Position numbers and translations under genes: made by a program. Positions 1 through 9,523 of a stretch of DNA of 64,000 nt are shown in pieces; position 1 is the stretch's first letter; each line of letters opens with the position of its first letter. The notes under the pieces were generated by a model that was not told where the DNA came from, made no database searches, and worked only from the letters and a program-made list of their open reading frames with translations. The stretch is from a virus: IMG/VR virus record IMGVR_UViG_3300042294_004161, positions 35,131 through 99,130 of that record; one strand, given 5' to 3'.

Positions 1-144
1 ACCCCCAATAGTTTAGGAGGTAGTGTAGATACATTATTAACAAATACAGCCACAGATAATATAGCTATGGGGGTTCCTGATACTTGGCTTCAAATTAATA
101 TAAATGGTGTAGATTATGCTATCCCAGTATATCAACCTGCTTAA
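1..144 (+). CDS. 3' end of a gene truncated by the window edge, probably a tail fibre/structural protein
   Basis: Frame 1 is open to TAA at 142-144 and reads ...MGVPDTWLQININGVDYAIPVYQPA*, resembling phage fibre C-termini; not in the ORF track. Confidence 0.45.
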   Translation, partial: TPNSLGGSVDTLLTNTATDNIAMGVPDTWLQININGVDYAIPVYQPA

Positions 145-158
145 TAACTTTTAAAATT

Positions 159-168
159 AATATTTATA
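159..168 (+). promoter_or_regulatory. Putative late promoter ATATTTATA
   Basis: Same motif precedes sheath, tube, chaperone, tape measure and endolysin genes. Confidence 0.55.
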
Positions 169-179
169 AATAAATAATT

Positions 180-512
180 ATGGCAATTCAAACAACATCA
201 AATTTTGAGTACAATTATGGAACATATTCAAATCCATATTTTCGTTTAGTACTTCATCTTCCCCAAAGCGGTCAAGATACACCAGTAGACTGTTTTATGT
301 ATCATTCTAAAGAAATGTATGAAAGCGGAAGTCAAGCTATTACATGTCTTCCATTCTATATCCCAAATGCTTCCGCCTCAATAAACAACCAAGGTATAGA
401 TGTAGTAAACAAATATCTACTATATGTTACTGAACAAGTTACAGGATCATTAGAAACTTTATCTTCAGGTTCAGTATTTGAAATAGTAGAAATACCTACA
501 GAATTAGATTAA
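180..512 (+). CDS. Hypothetical protein, possibly virion/fibre associated
   Basis: 110 aa ORF behind late-type motif, after fibre-like gene. Confidence 0.6.
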   Translation: MAIQTTSNFEYNYGTYSNPYFRLVLHLPQSGQDTPVDCFMYHSKEMYESGSQAITCLPFYIPNASASINNQGIDVVNKYLLYVTEQVTGSLETLSSGSVFEIVEIPTELD

Positions 513-517
513 TTAGG

Positions 518-547
518 TTTGGAAAACTAAAAATTAGTTATTATATT
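518..547 (+). promoter_or_regulatory. Putative early/middle promoter TTTGG-N19-TATATT
   Basis: TTTGG 518-522, TATATT 542-547; identical spacing at 11 other sites. Confidence 0.7.
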
Positions 548-553
548 ATTGTT

Positions 554-2548
554 ATGAAAAAACTGTTATATATAGCCCCTCACCTATCAACTGGGGGATT
601 ACCACAATATCTAACTAAAAAAATAGAACTACTTAAAGATAAATTTGAAATTTATCTTGTAGAATGGGTTGATTGTACAGGTGGTGTTTTAGTAGTTACT
701 AGAAATAAAATTGTAAAGCTTATCGACAGTGATAAGTTTTTTACATTAGGAGACAACAAACAAGAACTAATTAACATTATATCTAAAATAAAACCAGATA
801 TAATTCATTTAGAAGAAATACCAGAATTTTTTATGGATTCTGATATTACTAAACAAATATATAATCCTAATAGAAAATATGTTATTGTAGAAACATCTCA
901 TGACTCATCATATGATGTATCAAATAAACAGTTCTTTCCAGACAAATTTATGTTTGTCTCACAATGGCAGATAGATCAATATAAGAGCATTGATGTACCT
1001 AGTGTATTAATCGAATATCCTATTGAATATATAGAACGTCCCGACCGTACTGAGGTACTACGTAATTTACACTTAGATCCAACAAAAAAACACATTTTAC
1101 ACGTTGGGTTATACACATCAAGAAAGAATCAAAAAGAATTCTTTGAATATGCTAAAGCATTTCCTGAGTATGAGTTTCATAGTTTAGGTAATAGAGCAGA
1201 CAACTTTAAATGGTATTGGGAACCATTAGAACAAAACACTCCTCCTAATTTAACATGGTGGAATGAAAGAACAGATGTAGATGCTTTTTATCAAGCAATG
1301 GATTTGTTTTTGTTTACTTCTAGAGGAACAAATAATGATAAAGAAACTATGCCTTTAGTAATCCGAGAGGCAATATCTAATCAGATACCAACTTTAATTT
1401 ACAATCTAGAGGTATATCAGAACTATTTTGATAAGTTTGAAAAAGTAAATTATCTTGATTTTGATAGTTTTAGAACAAATTGTGATATAATCAAAAATAC
1501 TCTAGAACAAAATAATAATATAAATCTTGATGAAGAAGCAATTGTTATATCAACATACCCTATATCAAGTTCTACAATACAAACAACTAAAGAATGTATT
1601 GAATCTTTAAGACAAACTGGTAGAAAAATTATATTAACATCTCATATTCCTATTCCTGAAGAATTACAAAAAATTGTAGATTATTGTTTATATGATTCTA
1701 ATAATATTTTAACTAAACATACATTCTATAAACACACATGGGTTGATTATGATACATGGAGAGTTGATTTAAATTTAACCGGAGAAGATAATGATGTATA
1801 TCATGGACCTGCTGTTTATACAAATTATTATAATGCAGCTGTATTAGCTAATAATTTAGGTATTAAAAAATTGTACTTTTTAAATTATGATTACTATTTA
1901 AAAAATTCTTTATATATAGATAATATATCTTTAATTTTAAATAATAAAAAAGCATATGTTTGTTTAAAAAAAGAACAAGAAGGTAATACAGTTACTACTT
2001 TCTTTTTAGCATCTGATCCACAGTTCTATTTAAATCATTTTCCATTAATTAAAACATCTAAAGATTATGATGATTTAATGGTAAAATGGGGTAGTGAATC
2101 TAATGGTTTGGAAAATTTAGCATATCATACATTTAATCAAGATAAAGATAAAATATATTGGGAAGAAGAATCTAAATTCAATAATTTAATAACTGAAAAT
2201 TTTGAACATAAAGATTACTCTAGAATCGAATATTTTTCAGTAATCCCTATAAAAGATAATCTAAATCAATTTGCTGTATTTTTACATGTAAATAATTTTC
2301 AAGATAGTAGAGTTATTAATATAACAATAACTGAAAATGATAATCTTATATCTGATGATAATATAAATTTTACCAATAAAATGTCATGGTTTAAACAAAT
2401 ATTTTCAAATATAGAAAATATATATGAAATAAAATATAAATCATTTGATGAAATAAATGGTTCTTTAATTGAAACAAAAGTTATTAAAATAGATAAAGAT
2501 TATTTTGAAAATAAAATTAATCAAAACGGTTTACTTATATTAAAATGA
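554..2548 (+). CDS. GT-B (GT4-like) glycosyltransferase fused to a second unassigned domain
   Basis: PHLSTGGLPQY, HVGLYTSRKNQ, DLFLFTS..E.MPLVIREA motifs. Confidence 0.75.
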   Translation: MKKLLYIAPHLSTGGLPQYLTKKIELLKDKFEIYLVEWVDCTGGVLVVTRNKIVKLIDSDKFFTLGDNKQELINIISKIKPDIIHLEEIPEFFMDSDITKQIYNPNRKYVIVETSHDSSYDVSNKQFFPDKFMFVSQWQIDQYKSIDVPSVLIEYPIEYIERPDRTEVLRNLHLDPTKKHILHVGLYTSRKNQKEFFEYAKAFPEYEFHSLGNRADNFKWYWEPLEQNTPPNLTWWNERTDVDAFYQAMDLFLFTSRGTNNDKETMPLVIREAISNQIPTLIYNLEVYQNYFDKFEKVNYLDFDSFRTNCDIIKNTLEQNNNINLDEEAIVISTYPISSSTIQTTKECIESLRQTGRKIILTSHIPIPEELQKIVDYCLYDSNNILTKHTFYKHTWVDYDTWRVDLNLTGEDNDVYHGPAVYTNYYNAAVLANNLGIKKLYFLNYDYYLKNSLYIDNISLILNNKKAYVCLKKEQEGNTVTTFFLASDPQFYLNHFPLIKTSKDYDDLMVKWGSESNGLENLAYHTFNQDKDKIYWEEESKFNNLITENFEHKDYSRIEYFSVIPIKDNLNQFAVFLHVNNFQDSRVINITITENDNLISDDNINFTNKMSWFKQIFSNIENIYEIKYKSFDEINGSLIETKVIKIDKDYFENKINQNGLLILK

Positions 2549-3495
2549 AAATAGCACAAATACATCCAGGTTGTGGGATATCAGTTCCTCCTCCATCTTG
2601 GGGAGCAATAGAAAAAATAGTATGGGAATTTATGGTGAATCTTAAAAAATTAGGTCATCAAGTAGATTTAAAATGGGCTAACGAAGTTAAACCAGGAGAA
2701 TATGATTTAGTAATGGTTCATGTTGCTAATTTAGCATTAGAATTAGCTGATAAAGGAATACCATATATTTTTCAACATCATGACCATCATGCTTTTCATT
2801 ATGGAAAAACATCTGATGTATATAAACAAAATAAAGAGGCTATGGAAAAATCAGTATTTTCCTTAGTTCCAGCAAGATATTTAGTTAATTATTTTGAGTT
2901 ACCAAATGTTTATTATTTTTCACATGGTATAAACAATGAAGAATTTTATCCTATAAATAAATCTAAACCTACTGAACCTAAATTACTTATGATAGCTAAC
3001 AATGGATTAGCAGGTGATCCTGGTTTTGATAGAAAAGGATTTACATATGGAATAGCATTAGCTCAAGCTCGTAATCTACCTATTACAATAGCAGGACCAT
3101 CAAATAATAAACATTTCTTTAATAATCATTTATGGGTGTTGGCTTATCCAAAACTTAATATTATATTTGATTTACCAAATGAACAACTATTAAATCTATA
3201 CCATCAACATGATATATTTATACATCCAACAATGTTAGAGGCAGGTCATCCTAATTTAACAATGTTAGAGGCAGTAGCTTCTGGTTTACCATTAATTGCA
3301 GATTGGGAACATGAAACTATATTTCATGGGGCTTGGAGGTCACCTAGAGATGTCTTTGAAATGTCTAGAGGATTAGATGATATAATGAATAATTGGGAAT
3401 TATATAGAACAAAATGTTCAGAAACAGCTAAAGAATTATCATGGTACAATCGTTCAAAAGAATTAATAAATTTATATAATGAACATGCGAACTAA
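2545..3495 (+). CDS. GT4-like glycosyltransferase
   Basis: MKIAQI..PPPSWGAIEK, DRKG, DIFIHPT..EAGHPNLTMLEAVASGLPLI; ATGA coupling to upstream gene. Confidence 0.8.
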   Translation: MKIAQIHPGCGISVPPPSWGAIEKIVWEFMVNLKKLGHQVDLKWANEVKPGEYDLVMVHVANLALELADKGIPYIFQHHDHHAFHYGKTSDVYKQNKEAMEKSVFSLVPARYLVNYFELPNVYYFSHGINNEEFYPINKSKPTEPKLLMIANNGLAGDPGFDRKGFTYGIALAQARNLPITIAGPSNNKHFFNNHLWVLAYPKLNIIFDLPNEQLLNLYHQHDIFIHPTMLEAGHPNLTMLEAVASGLPLIADWEHETIFHGAWRSPRDVFEMSRGLDDIMNNWELYRTKCSETAKELSWYNRSKELINLYNEHAN

Positions 3496-4171
3496 ATTTT
3501 ATACAAAAAATAACCAACTAATTGACATATCAACATGGGATATATCAGGTGATATAAATGATATAGGAAATAGATATGGTTGGGAAGGATCAATGGCTTA
3601 TGGTAATTTAATACATGATGAATTAAATATCCATGGACCTGGAATGCAATATGGTGATATTTATTTAGATTTAGGGGCTAACATTGGTATGTCTGCTATT
3701 AGAGCTGAGTCCAAAGGATGTTCTAAAATATATTGTATCGAACCAGATCCTGGAGTGTTTGAGGCTTTAAATAAAAATAAAAGTTATAATTGGATCGTAG
3801 ATAATATAGCTATAGGTACAGAACAAGGGTATATTGATATTTCTAAATGGCCTGATTGGTGGGATGTACAACCAATTCAATGTATTACATTAGATCAATT
3901 TTTTGCGAAACATAATCTTAGTAAAGTAGATTATATGAAGTGTGATATTGAAGGTCATGAAAAATATGTTTTTGAAAATGTAAGTCAAATAACATGGGAT
4001 AAAATACAAAAAATATTTTTTGAATATCATGAAGACACTCAAAATTTAAATGAAGAACAAAGAAATGAAGAACGATTAAAATTTGTTAAATTTTTTGCTG
4101 ATAAAGGTTTTAATAATCATTTTGTTTCTCTTGGATATTATCAAAGTTTTATATATTATTGGAAATCATGA
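3479..4171 (+). CDS. FkbM-family methyltransferase
   Basis: LDLGANIG, CIEPDP, TLD, KCDIEGHE, FEYH. Confidence 0.85.
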   Translation: MNMRTKFYTKNNQLIDISTWDISGDINDIGNRYGWEGSMAYGNLIHDELNIHGPGMQYGDIYLDLGANIGMSAIRAESKGCSKIYCIEPDPGVFEALNKNKSYNWIVDNIAIGTEQGYIDISKWPDWWDVQPIQCITLDQFFAKHNLSKVDYMKCDIEGHEKYVFENVSQITWDKIQKIFFEYHEDTQNLNEEQRNEERLKFVKFFADKGFNNHFVSLGYYQSFIYYWKS

Positions 4172-5364
4172 AAAACATATTAATTAACGAATACAACAAT
4201 ACCCCAATCCTAAATTTAGAGAATAAAAAACCACAAAATAAATTTATAATTAATTTTATAGATGGTGCTTTCTTAGAAATATTAGGTCCTGTAAATCTAG
4301 AATATAAAGCTAAATTTATAGATCGAAAAACTAAAAAAGTACTCCATGAAACTACACTTAGTAATAACATGTGGACTCGTACTAATATTAAATATTGTAT
4401 TAATTGGCGAGTAGAAGTTTATCAAAACAATAATTTAGTGTATGAACATGATTGGGATCCAACAGGTAAAAGAGTCTATATTGCTTTAGATTCAGGAGCC
4501 TTAGGTGATACATTAGCTTGGTTTCCATATGTAGAAGAATTTAGAAAAACATTTATGTGTGATGTTGTATGTTCTACATTCCATAATGATTGGTTTAAAG
4601 AAAACTATCCAAATATTGAATTTATAAAACCAGGTACAGTAGCGAATGATTTATATGCTATGTATCCAATTGGATGGTTTTATGATAATAAAAAAGTAGT
4701 ATATGATAAAGTACCAATTGATTTTAAAAAATATCCATTACAACAAACAGCTAGTGAAATTTTAGGATTAAGCTATAGTGAAACAAAACCAAATCTAGTT
4801 ACACCTAATATAAAAACAGATATTGAAGGAGAATATGTAGTAATAGCACCTCATGCTTCAGCTCATGCTAAGTACTGGATGTATGAAAAAGGATGGCAAT
4901 CTATAATAGACTATTTAAATGAAAAAGGATATAAAGTAGTTATGTTAACTGGAGAGCCTTTAAATGATGAATGGCATGATTCAAAATTAGGAGGTACACT
5001 AACTGGAGTAATAAATAAAACTGGATATCATATAGATATTAAAGACCGAATGATTGATATTAGAGATGCTAAAGCATTTATAGGAGTAGGTAGTGGATTA
5101 AGTTGGTTATCATGGTCATTAAACACCCCTACAATTTTAATATCTGGTTTTAGTTATCCATATACTGAAATGCAAGACTGTGAACGTATATTCCCTGAAA
5201 ATAAATCAGTATGTACTGGATGTTTTAACAGACATTGGCTAAACCCAGGAGATTGGGAATGGTGTCCTGATCATAAAGATACTCCAAGACAATTTGAATG
5301 TACTAAAACAATCACCCCAGATCAAATAATTAAATCAATAAATAAAATTTTAAAAATCAAATAA
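4168..5364 (+). CDS. TibC/Aah-like (autotransporter) O-heptosyltransferase, GT9-related
   Basis: DSGALGDTLAW, FIGVGSGLSWLSW, ILISGFS, C-terminal CTGC..WCP.HK.TPRQFEC; start moved to ATG 4168 (ATGA overlap). Confidence 0.75.
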   Translation: MKNILINEYNNTPILNLENKKPQNKFIINFIDGAFLEILGPVNLEYKAKFIDRKTKKVLHETTLSNNMWTRTNIKYCINWRVEVYQNNNLVYEHDWDPTGKRVYIALDSGALGDTLAWFPYVEEFRKTFMCDVVCSTFHNDWFKENYPNIEFIKPGTVANDLYAMYPIGWFYDNKKVVYDKVPIDFKKYPLQQTASEILGLSYSETKPNLVTPNIKTDIEGEYVVIAPHASAHAKYWMYEKGWQSIIDYLNEKGYKVVMLTGEPLNDEWHDSKLGGTLTGVINKTGYHIDIKDRMIDIRDAKAFIGVGSGLSWLSWSLNTPTILISGFSYPYTEMQDCERIFPENKSVCTGCFNRHWLNPGDWEWCPDHKDTPRQFECTKTITPDQIIKSINKILKIK

Positions 5365-5367
5365 AAC

Positions 5368-5616
5368 ATGGAAAAATTAACAACAGAAGAATTACAAAAA
5401 TTGCAAAATCTTCAAGATAAAGGTCAAGCTTTAATTAATGAATTAGGTCAAATTGAAGTAGCTAAAATTTCACTTGAAATTAGACATGAAAAAGCAAAAC
5501 AAACATTAGTTGAACTTCAACAAGAAGAAATAGACTATGGAAAACAAATGAGTGAAAAGTATGGTCCTATTTCAGTTAATCCAGAGACTGGAGAGATTAC
5601 AAAAGTTGAGGCCTAA
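5368..5616 (+). CDS. Small coiled-coil protein upstream of sheath
   Basis: Heptad-rich 82 aa ending KYG..SVNPETGEI. Confidence 0.65.
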   Translation: MEKLTTEELQKLQNLQDKGQALINELGQIEVAKISLEIRHEKAKQTLVELQQEEIDYGKQMSEKYGPISVNPETGEITKVEA

Positions 5617-5640
5617 CATCGATTTTTAAAAGTTTCTGTC

Positions 5641-5649
5641 ATATTTATA
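5641..5649 (+). promoter_or_regulatory. Putative late promoter ATATTTATA
   Basis: About 20 nt before the sheath start. Confidence 0.6.
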
Positions 5650-5668
5650 ATCAACAAAATTATAAAAT

Positions 5669-7774
5669 ATGGCAGAAACCTTAATATCCCCAGGCGTATT
5701 AGCACTGGAAAACGACAATTCATTCGTATCATCTCAACCAGTAACGGTTGGAGCAGCTATTATAGGACCAACAGTAAAAGGTCCAGTAGAAATTCCAACT
5801 ATTGTTACATCTTATAGTGAGTATCAAAACAAATTTGGTACTACATTCATAAGTGGTGGTCAAGTTCAAAGCTACTTTACATCAGTAGCAGCTTTCAATT
5901 ACTTTAACAACGGTGGTGAAACATTATTAGTAGCTAGAGTAGTAAGTGGATCATTCAATCCAGCTTCTTCTAGTATCTATAATTTAAATTTAGCTAGTAC
6001 AGCCTCTGTAAACGCTAATTTAACTTATGTTTCAGCTAGTGTAGCTGCTGTTGGTTCAGGTTCATTTAGTGTTAATGGTATTGAATTCTTCTTTACTGGA
6101 TCTACAGTAGCAAATACATCAACTAGAATATCTGTTAATACAGGTTCATTTGCAGCTAGTACAGCAGCAGATTATGCGGCTACTGCATCAGCAGTATTTA
6201 ATGTAAGTAAATCAATTGCCCCATACAGTACTGTATTATCTGGTATAACATCTTCAGTATCAGCATCAACTGGAATTAAATTAGATGCTGGTGTAGTAGG
6301 AGGTGAATTTAATTATTTATTATTAAATGAATTTACATTTACATCAGGAAGTACTGTTACTAAATTTAGTGGTGCTATAGGTACTGAAGCTTTAGAATTA
6401 AAAACTATTTCTGAAGGAAATATAATGAATAATGCTGGACCTACAGGATCTAACAATTCATTAATATCAGGATCAGCAGATAATGTAAGATGGCAAATTA
6501 CAAACAGAGACACAGCCTCAGGTACATTTAGTTTATTAATCAGAAGAGGTGACGATGATAATATCAATCCAGTTGTATTAGAAACATGGACTAACTTATC
6601 ATTAGACCCAACCCAACCAAACTATGTATCTAAAGTAATTGGTAATCAATTCCAACAATTTAGTTCACAAGATAATCAGATTGAGGTAATTGGTGATTTT
6701 CCAACAAGATCAAGATACGTCTATGTAGCATCAGTAAATTCTCCAACTCCTTTCTATTTAGGAAACAATGGTTTAGCTAAATCTGAATTTACTTCATCTA
6801 TACCTTTCAATACCAATGGAACATTTGGTGGAGCAACAGGTGATTTATTTTATGGTGGAGGAGCTGATTATCATAATAACATTAATAGTGCTACAACTGC
6901 ACCTCAAGGTATCTCATCCTCAGATTATAATGGTATGATTAACTTATTAGCTAATGCTGATGATTATAGATTTAATGTATTGGTAGTTCCTGGTTTATTT
7001 GCTTCAACAGCAGATTTAGGTGCTTCACAAATAACAGCTATTATTAATAACACTCAAAATAGAGGTGATTCTATTTATATATCTGATTTAGTACCATTTG
7101 GTTCAAATATAGGTGATGTTACAACTCAAGCAAATGCTAAAAACACATCATATGCTGCTACATATTGGCCTTGGGTTCAAACAATTGACCCAGACTCAGC
7201 TCAATTAGTATGGGTTCCAGCATCAACAATGATGGTAGGTGTTTACGCTTATAATGATAATGTAAGTGAGCCTTGGTTCGCCCCAGCTGGTATTAACAGA
7301 GGTGGATTAGGAAATGTAATAAGAGCTGAAAAGAAATTAACTCAAGCTAACCGTGATACTTTATATTCAAATAAAGTAAATCCAATAGCAACATTCCCAG
7401 GAACTGGAATAGTAGCATATGGTCAGAAAACATTACAAACTAAAGCCTCAGCTCTTGATAGAGTAAATGTTCGTAGATTATTAATTTCTCTTAAGTCTTA
7501 TATTTCTCAAGTAGCACAAAACTTAGTATTTGAACAAAACACAATTGCTACAAGAAATCAATTCTTAAGTCAAGTAAATCCATATCTAGAATCAGTACAA
7601 CAACGTCAAGGTTTATATGCTTTCAAAGTAATTATGGATGATAGTAATAATACTGCTGATGTAATTGATAGAAACCAGATGGTAGGTCAGATTTATATTC
7701 AACCAACTAAAACAGCTGAATTTATTTATCTAGATTTCAACATCTTACCAACAGGCGCAGTATTTCCCGCTTAA
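5669..7774 (+). CDS. Contractile tail sheath protein (T4 gp18-like)
   Basis: ISPGV..END, PWFAPAG.NRG, NPIATFPG.G...GQKTL, DRVNVRRLL, FEQN, IQPTKTAEFI. Confidence 0.95.
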   Translation: MAETLISPGVLALENDNSFVSSQPVTVGAAIIGPTVKGPVEIPTIVTSYSEYQNKFGTTFISGGQVQSYFTSVAAFNYFNNGGETLLVARVVSGSFNPASSSIYNLNLASTASVNANLTYVSASVAAVGSGSFSVNGIEFFFTGSTVANTSTRISVNTGSFAASTAADYAATASAVFNVSKSIAPYSTVLSGITSSVSASTGIKLDAGVVGGEFNYLLLNEFTFTSGSTVTKFSGAIGTEALELKTISEGNIMNNAGPTGSNNSLISGSADNVRWQITNRDTASGTFSLLIRRGDDDNINPVVLETWTNLSLDPTQPNYVSKVIGNQFQQFSSQDNQIEVIGDFPTRSRYVYVASVNSPTPFYLGNNGLAKSEFTSSIPFNTNGTFGGATGDLFYGGGADYHNNINSATTAPQGISSSDYNGMINLLANADDYRFNVLVVPGLFASTADLGASQITAIINNTQNRGDSIYISDLVPFGSNIGDVTTQANAKNTSYAATYWPWVQTIDPDSAQLVWVPASTMMVGVYAYNDNVSEPWFAPAGINRGGLGNVIRAEKKLTQANRDTLYSNKVNPIATFPGTGIVAYGQKTLQTKASALDRVNVRRLLISLKSYISQVAQNLVFEQNTIATRNQFLSQVNPYLESVQQRQGLYAFKVIMDDSNNTADVIDRNQMVGQIYIQPTKTAEFIYLDFNILPTGAVFPA

Positions 7775-7790
7775 TTAATTTAAAATGAAT

Positions 7791-7830
7791 AGAAGAAAAG
7801 GTATCTCATTTGATATCTTTTCTTTCTCTT
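7791..7830 (+). terminator. Putative intrinsic terminator/processing hairpin after sheath
   Basis: AGAAAAGGTATC-TCATTT-GATATCTTTTCT stem followed by a T-rich tract. Confidence 0.55.
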
Positions 7831-7832
7831 CA

Positions 7833-7841
7833 ATATGTATA
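7833..7841 (+). promoter_or_regulatory. Putative late promoter variant ATATGTATA
   Basis: About 20 nt before the tube start; same variant before the endolysin. Confidence 0.55.
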
Positions 7842-7860
7842 AGAAAATAAATAACATAAA

Positions 7861-8349
7861 ATGGCAATATTAGATCCAAACGAAATATTTTTCACCGCTT
7901 TTGAACCAAAACAAGCTAACCGATTCATCATGTATATTGATGGTATCCCTGCTTATGAAATCAAAGGGGTAAGTGCAGTAAGTTTAACTCAAGGTACCGT
8001 AGCTTTAAATCATATTAACGTACAACGTTTTGTTAAAGGCAAATCTACTTGGGGACCAATTACATTCACATTATTTGATCCAATCACACCTTCAGGTGCT
8101 CAAGCAGTAATGGAATGGGTACGTTTACATCACGAATCAGTAACTGGTAGAGATGGTTATAGTGATTTCTACAAGAAAGACTTAACATTTGATGTATTAG
8201 GACCAGTAGGTGATATTGTATCAGAGTGGATTATTAAAGGTGCTTTAATTACTGAAGCTAATTTTGGCGATTATAACTGGGATACAGTAGATACAGCTAT
8301 TAACATTACAATGACAGTACAACCAGATTACTGTGTATTAAATTTCTAA
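7861..8349 (+). CDS. Tail tube protein (T4 gp19-like)
   Basis: EPKQANRF, W.PITFTLFDPI, MEW, YKKD..F.VL.P.G.IVSEW.IKGA; follows sheath. Confidence 0.9.
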   Translation: MAILDPNEIFFTAFEPKQANRFIMYIDGIPAYEIKGVSAVSLTQGTVALNHINVQRFVKGKSTWGPITFTLFDPITPSGAQAVMEWVRLHHESVTGRDGYSDFYKKDLTFDVLGPVGDIVSEWIIKGALITEANFGDYNWDTVDTAINITMTVQPDYCVLNF

Positions 8350-8371
8350 TTATTTTTACTTTTATTTTTAA

Positions 8372-8407
8372 AGAGAACTTGGCTATGTCAAGTTCTTTTT
8401 TTATGTT
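8372..8407 (+). terminator. Terminator hairpin overlapping a CTTGG-N19-TATGTT promoter-like element
   Basis: AGAACTTGGC-TAT-GTCAAGTTCT plus T-run; CTTGG 8378-8382, TATGTT 8402-8407. Confidence 0.65.
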
Positions 8408-8410
8408 ATA

Positions 8411-8764
8411 ATATTATAGGGAAAGTTCTTTGACATTATGTTTAACAATTTAAATTAAAAAATATGACAACATTCTATTTTGTATTAGGTATGGTTGTAG
8501 TCTTGGTAATAGCTGAGGTTATAGCTATGGTTATAGCAATTAAAATAATTAATTCACTAAACCAACAAGTAACAAATTTTAAAAATGAATTAAGATCAAT
8601 TTATGAAGATTTTAATAATTTAAGACGAGATACAGATCAACAATTTCAAGAAGTTTATCGACAAATTGATTCTCGATTAGATAAATTAGAAACTAGGTTA
8701 ACAACATCACCAAAACAAGTTATAAAAGGATAAAAAATCGTTAAAGAACTTTCTCCTATAATAT
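8411..8764. repeat. ~25 bp imperfect inverted repeat (arms 8411-8434 and 8740-8764) enclosing ORF 8464-8733
   Basis: ATATTATAGGGAAAGTTCTTTGAC vs GTTAAAGAACTTTCTCCTATAATAT; one bulge and one G-U pair. Confidence 0.85.
8464..8733 (+). CDS. Small membrane-anchored coiled-coil protein
   Basis: Hydrophobic residues ~4-28, then heptads ending IDSRLDKLE. Confidence 0.7.
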   Translation: MTTFYFVLGMVVVLVIAEVIAMVIAIKIINSLNQQVTNFKNELRSIYEDFNNLRRDTDQQFQEVYRQIDSRLDKLETRLTTSPKQVIKG

Positions 8765-8769
8765 TTATA
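8761..8769 (+). promoter_or_regulatory. Putative late promoter ATATTTATA
   Basis: Upstream of 8798; overlaps the 3' arm of the inverted repeat. Confidence 0.55.
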
Positions 8770-8797
8770 ATAAATAAAGTTACATTAAATAAAAATT

Positions 8798-9523
8798 ATG
8801 ACAGAATTTAAATTCCCTACAGAAATTGTAGAATTACCTTCAAAAGGTTTAGTATATCCTGAAGGTTCTCTTTTAGCAGAAGGTAAAATTGAAATGAAAT
8901 ACATGACTGCTAAAGAAGAAGATATTCTTACAAACCAAGCTTACATTAAACAAGGTACAGTTTTAGATAAGCTATTACAATCTTTAATTGTAAGTAAAAT
9001 TAACTATGATGATTTAATTGTAGGTGATAAAAATGCATTATTTATTGCAGCTCGTATTTTAGGTTATGGTAAAGATTATACCTTTTCATACAATGGAGAA
9101 GAAATTACAGTAGATTTATCATCTTTAAATAATAAACCATTTAATGAATCTTTAGTTACTAAGGGTTTAAATGAATTCCATTTTACACTTCCATCTTCAC
9201 AAACAAAAATTACTTTTAAAATTCTTACAAGTGGGGATGATAGAAAAATTGATACTGAAATAACAGGACTAAAGAAAATCAATAAAGATGCATCTCCAGA
9301 ATTATCTACTCGTCTAAAATATATTATTACATCTGTTAATGGAGATAAAGATGAAAAAACAATTCGTGAATTTGTAGATAATTACTTATTAGCTCGAGAC
9401 TCTAGAGCTTTAAGAGAATATATTAAACAAATTCAACCTGATGTTGATTTAACTTATATTACTGATGGTGGTGAGGAGGTCACTATTCCAATTAATTTAA
9501 ACTTTTTTTGGCCTGACATTTGA
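8798..9523 (+). CDS. Baseplate hub/tail assembly chaperone (T4 gp26-like; position of lambda gpG)
   Basis: VELPSKG..YP, MTAKEEDIL, GDKNALFIAARILGYG, C-terminal NFFWP; lies between tube and tape measure. Confidence 0.75.
   Translation: MTEFKFPTEIVELPSKGLVYPEGSLLAEGKIEMKYMTAKEEDILTNQAYIKQGTVLDKLLQSLIVSKINYDDLIVGDKNALFIAARILGYGKDYTFSYNGEEITVDLSSLNNKPFNESLVTKGLNEFHFTLPSSQTKITFKILTSGDDRKIDTEITGLKKINKDASPELSTRLKYIITSVNGDKDEKTIREFVDNYLLARDSRALREYIKQIQPDVDLTYITDGGEEVTIPINLNFFWPDI

Noticed and set aside
8411-8764. Inverted repeat as IS/MITE ends
   Set aside because: No transposase and no clear target-site duplication; the G-U-compatible mismatch favours an RNA stem.
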